DNA from: Myxococcota bacterium
GTDB lineage: Bacteria > Myxococcota_A > UBA9160 > UBA4427
Assembly (NCBI GenBank): GCA_965250285.1
Contig: OZ252299.1
Span: 2,720,001 to 2,784,000, forward strand
DNA: 64,000 bases
Direction of reading: 5' to 3'
This document shows positions 56,366 through 64,000 of the stretch, in pieces (the first letter of the stretch is position 1; each line of letters opens with the position of its first letter). Made by a program: the position numbers and the translations under genes. Below the pieces are notes generated by a model. The model saw only the letters and a program-made list of their open reading frames with translations. It did no database searches and was not told where the DNA came from.

Positions 56366-58144
56366 ATGGACTGGCAGATCGGGCTCACCCTCGCCGTGGT
56401 GGTCGCGGCGCTGGTCTTGATGATTCGCGAGGTCGCCGCACCCGACATGGTGCTGATGGCGGCCGTGATCGGTCTGGGCCTCGCCGGCGTACTCACGCCG
56501 CGCGAGGTCTTCTCGGGCTTCGCGAACCCGGTCGTCGCCGTCGTCGGCGCCCTCTTCATCCTCTCGGCCGCGATGCGCGAGACCGGCGCCCTCGACATGA
56601 CGACGGGCCGGCTGCTCGCCGGCGCGAAGGACATGCCGGGTGGATTGATCCGCATCTCGGCGCCCGTCGCGGTGCTGTCCGCCTTCCTCAACAATGCGCC
56701 GATCGTCGCGATGATGACGCCGACGGTCATCGACTGGGCGAAGCGCCACCGCCTGTCGCCGAGCCGCTTCCTGATCCCGCTGAGCTACGCCTCGATCCTC
56801 GGCAGCCTCAACACGATCATCGGCACCAGCGTGATCCTGACCGTGGCGGGCCTCGTGAACGACGCGCAGATGCAGCCGCTCGGCTTCTTCGAGCTGCTGC
56901 CGGTGGCCGCACCGATCACGCTGGTCGGCCTCGTCTATCTCGTGCTGGTCGCGTGGCGCCGCATTCCCGACCGCATCGATCCGGCCCAGGCCCTGGGGCA
57001 GCACCGCCGCGAATACACGACGACGATGCGGGTGATGCCCGAATCATCGCTGGTCGGTTCGACGATCGAGGAGGCCGGGCTGCGCAACCTGCCCGGGCTC
57101 TTCGTGATCGAGGTCGACCGCGGAGCGCGCGTGATCACGCCGGTGACGCCCGATCAGGGGATCCTCGCCGGCGACGAGCTCGTGTTCGCCGGCGTCGTCG
57201 AGACGATCGTCGATCTGCAGCGCATCCGTGGCCTCGAACCAGTGCCCCACGAAGAAGAGGACGAAGCGGCGAGCGAGCAGAAGCCCGGCCATCGGCTCGT
57301 CGAGGCGGTCGTCTCCGAGTCGTCGCCCCTCGTGGGTCGCAGCGTGCGCGACCTCGGTTTTCGCTCGGCGTACGACGCGGCCGTCGTCGCCGTGCATCGC
57401 AACGCCGAGCGGGTGCGCGGGAAGATCGGCGAGATCGTCTTGCGGCCGGGCGACATGCTGCTGATGCAGGCCGCCCCCGACTTCGCGCACACCCAGCGCA
57501 ACAGCGCCGATTTCACGCTCGTGAGCGAGCTGCCCGAGAGCGAGCGCCCCCGCCACGATCGCGCGTGGGTCGCGCTCGGGGTCCTCGCGGCGATGGTCGT
57601 CTCGGTCGCGACGGGCCTCGTTCCGATCTCGATCGCCGCATTCGTCGCGGTCGGCGCCCTGCTCGTCACGCGCTGCATCACCGGCAGCCAGGCCCGGCGA
57701 TCGGTCCGCTGGCCGATCCTGATCGTGATCGCCGCGGGCCTCGGCCTGGCGACGGCCATGCAGAAGACGGGCGCCGCGGCCATGATCGCGAACCTGCTCG
57801 TCAGCTCGGTGCGCGAGCTCGGACCGATGGGCGTCCTCGCCGTGGTGTATCTGCTCTGCGTGGTCATGGCCGAGACGCTCCAGCACAACGCCGCGGTCGC
57901 GATCATGTTCCCGATCGCCGTTGCCGCAGCCGAGCAGCTCGGCGTCGACGCGCGCCCCTTCGTCATCACGACGGCGATCGGCTCGGCCTGCGCGTTCGCC
58001 TCGCCCGTCTCGTACCAGACCCACCTCATCGTCTACGGCGCCGGCGGCTACCGGTTCGGCGACTTCGTCCGCGTCGGTCTCCCGCTCGATCTCATCTGTG
58101 GCGTGCTTGCGGTCACACTGATCCCCCGAATCTGGCCGTTCTGA
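56366..58144 (+). CDS. SLC13/CitMHS-family permease with two TrkA-C domains
   Basis: SAFLNNAPIV, LIPLSYASILG, TIIGTS, two RCK-C repeats, SPVSYQTHLIVYGAGGYRFGDF. Confidence 0.9.
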   Translation: MDWQIGLTLAVVVAALVLMIREVAAPDMVLMAAVIGLGLAGVLTPREVFSGFANPVVAVVGALFILSAAMRETGALDMTTGRLLAGAKDMPGGLIRISAPVAVLSAFLNNAPIVAMMTPTVIDWAKRHRLSPSRFLIPLSYASILGSLNTIIGTSVILTVAGLVNDAQMQPLGFFELLPVAAPITLVGLVYLVLVAWRRIPDRIDPAQALGQHRREYTTTMRVMPESSLVGSTIEEAGLRNLPGLFVIEVDRGARVITPVTPDQGILAGDELVFAGVVETIVDLQRIRGLEPVPHEEEDEAASEQKPGHRLVEAVVSESSPLVGRSVRDLGFRSAYDAAVVAVHRNAERVRGKIGEIVLRPGDMLLMQAAPDFAHTQRNSADFTLVSELPESERPRHDRAWVALGVLAAMVVSVATGLVPISIAAFVAVGALLVTRCITGSQARRSVRWPILIVIAAGLGLATAMQKTGAAAMIANLLVSSVRELGPMGVLAVVYLLCVVMAETLQHNAAVAIMFPIAVAAAEQLGVDARPFVITTAIGSACAFASPVSYQTHLIVYGAGGYRFGDFVRVGLPLDLICGVLAVTLIPRIWPF

Positions 58145-58284
58145 CCCCGAGGCCCGCACCCCGGGCCCTCGCCGCCGCCCGCGCGAGCGGCGGCGCCCGC
58201 AGATTGCCTGTCACTTTCAGCTCCGCCACACCACTCAATGGGGCGGGCGAAGAGAACCGGCCCCCTGCGGGGTCATCGGTCGCG

Positions 58285-58344
58285 GCGGGAGAAGCCGCGG
58301 GAGGAGCCGCGGGAGGGGCCGCGGGAGGGGCCGCGGGAGGGGCG
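58285..58344. repeat. 12-bp G-rich tandem repeat, 5 copies
   Basis: GCGGGAG(A/G)(A/G)GCC at 58285, 58297, 58309, 58321 and 58333. Confidence 0.9.
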
Positions 58345-59081
58345 ATCAGGCGCTTTTCTCCCGCGCAAATTGGGTTGTTTTCGCCACGTTTGACTTCTGA
58401 TTGGACCTGCGCAAGCCGATATCGCCATGAAAACCGCACGCGCGTGACCCGAATCTGGCCACCGCGTGTCACGCGAGGGAGTGAAGAACATCTCAGGTGC
58501 GTCTGGTGTCTTCAGCAGCAAGCAATTCGGGCCCGCCCCCCTGGCCCGTGCGAGGAGGGATCGCTGGTCTTCAGGCGAGATTGGGGGACCGGGTGGGCGG
58601 ATTGCCCCGCTGCCCGATCCACTCAGGGCGCAGAAATGCAAAAAGGGACTGGTCAAAAGCCCGAGAACCCATCAAAATCGGGCCGCTCGACCTCCCCCCT
58701 GCGCCCACGAAGTGGAACGTCATCGTCCCCGCCGAACTCCCGACTGCATCGCGGTCGGATTCGGTGAACATCGAGTCTGCACCTGACCAGCGCAACCTTT
58801 CTCGCGTGGCAGGTAGTTCAGGCACCGGTTGCGTGTCGAGTTGGCGGGACGATGCATCAGTCGAATCGGGCGACGCCTGATTCGGCGACCCATTCGGGTG
58901 GCGCCGCGAACCAGTCACCCGAGAGCAGGAACGAACGAATGAAAGCACGACGGTCGACACCGCGGGGGCGCGGTGAAGATCGTCGAAACTGGACCCCCCC
59001 GGGCGGTATCCGACGAGTCACCGGCACGTTGGCTGCCGGCATCACGGGCGGAATTGCACCAGGGGCCCACGAGGTACATCA

Positions 59082-60464
59082 GTGACGACTGAGAAGAACC
59101 AGGCAGTCTCGAAGGAAGGCACCGCGCGCACGGCCACCGGAGCGACTCCGGTCGTGGCGGCGGAGGAGCTGGATCCCGGCCGCGAGCGCCGGCCGCTCGA
59201 GTCTTACTTCCAGGAGATCGGCGGCACCCGCACGCTCAAGCGTGAGGAAGAGGTGATCCTCGCCAAGGATCTCGAGGCAGCGACCGCTCGCCTGCGCGAC
59301 TCGCTCTATGCGATCCCCGTGTGCGCCAAGCACGTGGTCGGTCGATGGGACGCGCTGCGCGCGCTCTCGCACACCGGCGCGAAGCTCTCCGAATCGGCGG
59401 GCGACGAAGAGACCGGCGAGATCGCGGCGCGCGTCGAGCGCGCGGTGAAAAAGCTGCGCGCGCTGCTCGACGAGCGCGAGAAGAAGTTCGACAAGGCCGG
59501 CGAAGAGTACGGTCCGGCGCTCGAGAAGCTCGACGCGAAGATCGCGAAGGAGATGCACGGGGCCCAGCTCTCGCTGGCCGTGCTCGTCGAGCTGCGCGAG
59601 AAGGCGCTGGTCACGGCGAACGAGATCAAGCGCACCCGCAAGCGCACCCGACGGCTCTCCGAGCTCGAGGTCGACGCGGGCGTGCGCAAGGAGCGCATGG
59701 CAGAGCTCTCCGCATCGGTCGACGACGCCCACGAGATGATGACGACGGTCAAGAACCGCTTCATCGAGCACAACCTGAAGCTCGTGGTCGCGATCGCGAA
59801 GGACTACCGGAACCTCGGTCTGTCCTTCCCCGACCTGATTCAGGAGGGCAACCTGGGCCTGATCCGCGCGGTGGAGAAGTTCGACCATCGGCGTGGCTTC
59901 AAGTTCTCGACGTACGCGGTCTGGTGGATTCGCCAGGCGCTGGTGCGCGCGATCCAGAACCACTCGCGCACGATCCGGCTGCCCTCGCACGTGCACGATC
60001 GGCTGCAGCGCAGCCAGCGCGTGCGCGCCGAGCTGACCGGCAAGCTGGGCCGCGAGCCCACGCCGGGTGAGCTGGCGCCGGCGCTCGGCACCGATACCGA
60101 CTCGCTCGAGGCCCTCGATCGACTGTCGCGCGAGGCGATCTCGCTCGAGAGCAACGTCGCGGGCACCGAGAAGCGGCTCGAGGATTTCGTGCCCGACCAG
60201 ATGGCGGTGCAGCCCGATGGCGGCATCGACGACGACCGCATGCGGTCGGGCGTCGGGCACCTGATCGGGACGCTCACGCCGCGCGAGCAGCTGATCCTTC
60301 GGCTTCGCTATGGCCTGGCCGGCGAAGAGGAGCACACGCTCGAGCAGATCGGCCAGAGCCTCGGTCTCTCGCGCGAGCGCGTGCGACAGCTCGAGGCCCG
60401 GGCGCTGAAGAAGCTGCGCGAGACGCAGCCGGCCCAGCGGCTCCACCCGATCCTCGAGCCCTGA
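59082..60464 (+). CDS. RpoD/RpoS-family sigma-70 factor lacking region 1.1
   Basis: Region 1.2 LESYFQEIG...[56 protein letters not shown]...[17 protein letters not shown]. Confidence 0.92.
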   Translation: MTTEKNQAVSKEGTARTATGATPVVAAEELDPGRERRPLESYFQEIGGTRTLKREEEVILAKDLEAATARLRDSLYAIPVCAKHVVGRWDALRALSHTGAKLSESAGDEETGEIAARVERAVKKLRALLDEREKKFDKAGEEYGPALEKLDAKIAKEMHGAQLSLAVLVELREKALVTANEIKRTRKRTRRLSELEVDAGVRKERMAELSASVDDAHEMMTTVKNRFIEHNLKLVVAIAKDYRNLGLSFPDLIQEGNLGLIRAVEKFDHRRGFKFSTYAVWWIRQALVRAIQNHSRTIRLPSHVHDRLQRSQRVRAELTGKLGREPTPGELAPALGTDTDSLEALDRLSREAISLESNVAGTEKRLEDFVPDQMAVQPDGGIDDDRMRSGVGHLIGTLTPREQLILRLRYGLAGEEEHTLEQIGQSLGLSRERVRQLEARALKKLRETQPAQRLHPILEP

Positions 60465-60491
60465 GGTCGGCGCCGGCCGGATCGCCCAAGA

Positions 60492-60536
60492 GAACGACGG
60501 GCCCGGAGCAGCGATGCTCCGGGCCCGTTTCGTTTT
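60492..60536. terminator. Intrinsic terminator between the convergent sigma factor and uppP genes
   Basis: 14-bp stem ACGGGCCCGGAGCA / TGCTCCGGGCCCGT, GCGA loop, then TTCGTTTT. Confidence 0.85.
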
Positions 60537-60590
60537 CGGAGCCGACCTCACCGGCCGAAGGGTCCGCGGGACGGGCGCACGGCCGAGCGG

Positions 60591-61379
60591 TCAGCGCGCC
60601 TGCAGCGCCCACCACATGAAGAGGCCACCCACCGCCCACGCGTAGTAGGCGAAGACGTGGAAGACCTGGCGCTCGAGCATGCGCACGAAGAGCCAGATGG
60701 CGGCGATCCCCGAGACGAGCGCCGCGGCTCCCCCGATCGCCATCTGGCCGAGCATCTGGCTGCTCGCACCGGCCGCGTCGGGCAGCATGAGCACCGACGC
60801 GCCCGCGATCGCAATCACGCCGAGCAGAAACGAGAACTCGGCGGCCGCCGCGGGGGCCAGACCGAGGGCCAGCGCGATCGCCACGGTGGTGCCGCTGCGC
60901 GAGATGCCGGGCAGGATCGCGAAGGCCTGGGCGCAACCGATTGCGAGCGCCATCGCGAACGTGGGCGTCTGCCCGCTCGCCCGGCCGGTGGTCCACTTCG
61001 TCGTGAGCAGCAGCGACCCCGTGATCAGCAGACAGAGCGCGACGAGCACCGGGTTGCCGAAGGCGCTCTCGACGGCGTCCTTCGCGGTGAGCCCGACCAG
61101 AACGGCCGGCACCGTGCCGACGGCGAGCTTCGCGCCATACACCAGGGCCTCGGCATTGCCGCGCAGCGCGCCGCTGATCAGGGCCCCGATCCGGCGCCGG
61201 TAGAAGATCACGATCGCGACCAGCGTCGCCGCGTGCACGGCGATCTCGAAGAGCAGGCCGCCCTCCCCGTGCACGCCCAGCACCGCCTGGATCATCGCCA
61301 GGTGGCCGCTGCTCGATACAGGGAAGAACTCGGTCAGGCCCTGCACGATCCCGAGCAGGAACGCCTCGCCGTCGTTCAC
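60591..61379 (-). CDS. uppP: Undecaprenyl-diphosphate phosphatase UppP/BacA
   Basis: GIVQGLTEFFPVSSSGHL, AILPGISRSGTT, AEFSFLL. Confidence 0.95.
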   Translation of the reverse strand: MNDGEAFLLGIVQGLTEFFPVSSSGHLAMIQAVLGVHGEGGLLFEIAVHAATLVAIVIFYRRRIGALISGALRGNAEALVYGAKLAVGTVPAVLVGLTAKDAVESAFGNPVLVALCLLITGSLLLTTKWTTGRASGQTPTFAMALAIGCAQAFAILPGISRSGTTVAIALALGLAPAAAAEFSFLLGVIAIAGASVLMLPDAAGASSQMLGQMAIGGAAALVSGIAAIWLFVRMLERQVFHVFAYYAWAVGGLFMWWALQAR

Positions 61380-64000
61380 GCGCCCGGCTCCCGCATCTGA
61401 ACGGCGGCGCTGGCCGCGGCGCCGACGGGCTCAGCCGAGGCCGGATCGGCGGCTTCACGCCCGGCGCCTCGAAGGCGCTCGAGCATGATGTACGTGGACG
61501 GAACGATGAAGAACGTGAGCGCCGTCGAGAAGAGCATCCCGCCGATCACCGCGACGCCGAGGCCCTGGCGCGTCGCGCCGCCGGCGCCCGAGCCCATCGC
61601 GATGGGCAAGATGCCGACCATCGTCGCGAACGCGGTCATCAGGATCGGCCGGAATCGCGTGCGCGACGCCTCGAGCGTCGCCTCGACGAGCGGCAGCCCG
61701 CGTTCGCGCAGCTGGTTCGCGAACTCGACGATGAGGATCGAGTTCTTCGTCACCAGACCGACGAGCATCACGATGCCGATCTTGCTGAACAGATTGAGCG
61801 AGATGTCGAACGCTTCCAGCGCCACGAGCGCCCCGGTGAACGACAGGAAGACCGCGACGAGGATCGCGATCGGGTAGACGAAGCTCTCGAACTGAGCCGC
61901 GAGTACCAGGAACACGATCAGGATCGCGAGCAGATAAGCGAAGATGAGCGCCGAGCCCGACTCGAAGAACTTCTCGGCCTCGCCCGAGAACTGCACCCGG
62001 TAGCCGCCGGTCGGGGGCAGATGGCTCGACGCGATGTCGTACATCCGCGCGAGGCCGTAGCCCTGGTCGTAGCCCTTCGCGAGATCGGCCGTGATCTTGA
62101 CCGAACGGCGCCGATCGAAGTGCTGGATCGCCCGGGGCGACGTCGCCATGCGCGTGTCGACCACGGCGTTCAGCGGGATCAGCCCGCCTCGTCCACGCAC
62201 GAAGAGGTACTCGAGGCTGGTCGGATTGTCGCGGTGATGCGCCTCGAGCTGGGCCATGACGTTGTACGTCTCGCCGCCCTTCTTGAACTTCGAGACGTCG
62301 AGCCCGCCGAGCAGGATCTGCATGGTCGTGGCGATGTCGCGCACCGACATACCGAGATCGTTGGCGCGCTCGCGGTCGATCGCGACCTCGAGCTGGGGCT
62401 TGTTGAGGAACAGATCCACACGGATCGACTCGAAGATGCCGGTGGTCTCGGCCTCGCGCTCGACCTCGTCGGCGATGCGCGCGAGCTCGGCCAGGTCGTC
62501 GCCCTGCACCACCAGCTCGATGGGCGACGAGCTGAACCCGCGCATCGGGCTCGGTGAAATCGCGTACGCCTTGATGCCCGGGATCCCCTTGAGCGGATTC
62601 ATCAGCGATTGCTGAATGTCCTCCTGCGAGCGCGCGCGCTCGTCGGGCATCGAGAGCTGCGTTAACACGATGCCCTCGTTGACGATGCCCGGGGTGCCAA
62701 TGCCGAGCGCCACCACGCCGAGGACACCCGACGCCTCGTCGACCCGCTCCATGACCGCATTCTCGGCCTGCTGCTGGTAGCGGTCCATGTACTCGACCGT
62801 GCTGCCCTCGGGCGCCTGGGTCCAGACGAGCAGGAAGGCACGGTCACCGTCGGGCATCAGCTCTTCGTCGGCCTGGGTGTAGAGGAACCCCCCGAAACCG
62901 ACCCAGGCGAGGCCGAGCGCCACGGCCGTCAACGCAAGGCCCGGATGTCGCAGCACCGGCGCGAGCACGCGCGCATAGGCCGCGGTGGCCGCCTCGAGAG
63001 CCCGCCCGAAGGCACGCTTCACGCGCCCTTCGGCGGTGCGCTGGCGCAACACGCGCGCGCACAGCATCGGCGCGAGCGTGATCGCGACGAAGCCCGAGAT
63101 CAGGATCGCCGTCGCCACGGTCACGGCGAACTCTCTGAACAGCTGCCCGGTCATGTCCTGCATGAACGTGAGCGGCAGGAAGACCGCGACGGCCGAGATC
63201 GTGGCGGCGATGACCGCGAACGCGATCTCGTCCATGCCGCGGCGTGCCGCCTCCATGGGCGGCGTGCCCATCTCGACCCAGCGCGTGATGTTCTCGAGCA
63301 CCACGATCGCGTCGTCGACGACCAGTCCGATGGCGAGCGTCACGCCCATGAGCGTCAACGTGTTGATGGTGAAGCCGAAGAAGTAGAGCACCGCGAACGT
63401 ACCGATGATCGAAACCGGGATCGCGATGGCCGGCACGATCGTCGCCCGCGCGCTGCGCAGGAACACGTAGATCACGAACACGACGAGGATCGCCGCCTCG
63501 AGGATCGTGCTGCGCACGTCCTTGATCGACTCTTCGATGAAGCGCGAGCTGTCGATCGCGACTTCGAAGACGAGGCCCCCATCGAGCTCCTCGGCGATGC
63601 GCTCGGCTTCGGCCTTCACACCCCGCGCGACGGTCAGCACGTTCGCCTTGGACTGCTTGACGATGCCGAGGCCGATCGCCGGCTGGCCGTTGAAGCGCAC
63701 GATCTTGCGCTCACTCTCCGGCCCCGCCTCGATGCGCGCCACGTCGCCGAGACGCACCGGCTTGCCGTCGATGTTGGCGATGAGCAGGCTCTCGTACTCT
63801 TCGGGGGTCGAGAGCTCGCCCAGGCTCTTCACCGTGAACTCGGTGTCGGCGCTCTCGACGCGGCCCGACGGGATGTCGACGTTGCCCCGCTGCAGCGCAT
63901 CGACGACCTCGGCGATCGAGAGGTTCTGCGCCCCCAGGCGGTAGTTGTCGATCCACACGCGCATCGAGTAGCGGCGTTCGCCGCCCACCATCACGGCCGC
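61376..64000 (-). CDS. RND efflux transporter permease (AcrB/CusA superfamily), 5' end outside the window
   Basis: YSMRVWID, IGLVVDDAIVVLENI, VLAAQFES, GLVTKNSILIVEFA, RFRPILMT. Confidence 0.95.
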   Translation of the reverse strand, partial: AAVMVGGERRYSMRVWIDNYRLGAQNLSIAEVVDALQRGNVDIPSGRVESADTEFTVKSLGELSTPEEYESLLIANIDGKPVRLGDVARIEAGPESERKIVRFNGQPAIGLGIVKQSKANVLTVARGVKAEAERIAEELDGGLVFEVAIDSSRFIEESIKDVRSTILEAAILVVFVIYVFLRSARATIVPAIAIPVSIIGTFAVLYFFGFTINTLTLMGVTLAIGLVVDDAIVVLENITRWVEMGTPPMEAARRGMDEIAFAVIAATISAVAVFLPLTFMQDMTGQLFREFAVTVATAILISGFVAITLAPMLCARVLRQRTAEGRVKRAFGRALEAATAAYARVLAPVLRHPGLALTAVALGLAWVGFGGFLYTQADEELMPDGDRAFLLVWTQAPEGSTVEYMDRYQQQAENAVMERVDEASGVLGVVALGIGTPGIVNEGIVLTQLSMPDERARSQEDIQQSLMNPLKGIPGIKAYAISPSPMRGFSSSPIELVVQGDDLAELARIADEVEREAETTGIFESIRVDLFLNKPQLEVAIDRERANDLGMSVRDIATTMQILLGGLDVSKFKKGGETYNVMAQLEAHHRDNPTSLEYLFVRGRGGLIPLNAVVDTRMATSPRAIQHFDRRRSVKITADLAKGYDQGYGLARMYDIASSHLPPTGGYRVQFSGEAEKFFESGSALIFAYLLAILIVFLVLAAQFESFVYPIAILVAVFLSFTGALVALEAFDISLNLFSKIGIVMLVGLVTKNSILIVEFANQLRERGLPLVEATLEASRTRFRPILMTAFATMVGILPIAMGSGAGGATRQGLGVAVIGGMLFSTALTFFIVPSTYIMLERLRGAGREAADPASAEPVGAAASAAVQMREPGA

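Noticed and set aside
54898..58767. 1289-aa ORF on the + strand, and similar long ORFs such as 51028-53892, 43098-46262 and 11047-13233
   Set aside because: Arg/Ala/Pro-rich shadow frames overlapping well-supported genes, as expected in high-GC DNA

Overview
64 kb of very GC-rich (about 70% by eye) bacterial chromosome. Gene content looks Myxococcota/deltaproteobacterial, which is an inference and not a database result. It is mostly core genome: a nearly complete dcw cluster (mraZ-rsmH-ftsL-ftsI-murE-murF-mraY-murD-ftsW-murG-murC-murB-ftsQ-ftsA-ftsZ, without ddl), rlmN, trmB, sppA, tatA, ndk, RNase P RNA, an RpoD-family sigma factor, uppP and a truncated RND pump. No mobile element, CRISPR array, tRNA or rRNA is visible. 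The best candidate for an undescribed system is at 9.4-13.9 kb: a MerR regulator, a Soj/ParA ATPase fused to a glycogen-binding CBM48 domain, a Walker-A-less MinD/FlhG-like protein, a degenerate NucS-like protein and an ECF sigma factor. It may position glycogen granules on the nucleoid. A second storage-granule-like module lies at 20.2-26.0 kb (asymmetric ArsA/Get3 pair, basic-tailed helical protein, PhaR-phasin, and an acyltransferase/SDR pair with altered catalytic motifs). Other oddities are an FtsZ with two C-terminal core peptides, a structured RNA candidate between mraZ and rsmH, several apparently leaderless genes, and tandem repeats at gene boundaries. Start codons were adjusted by eye and all functional calls come from motif recognition.
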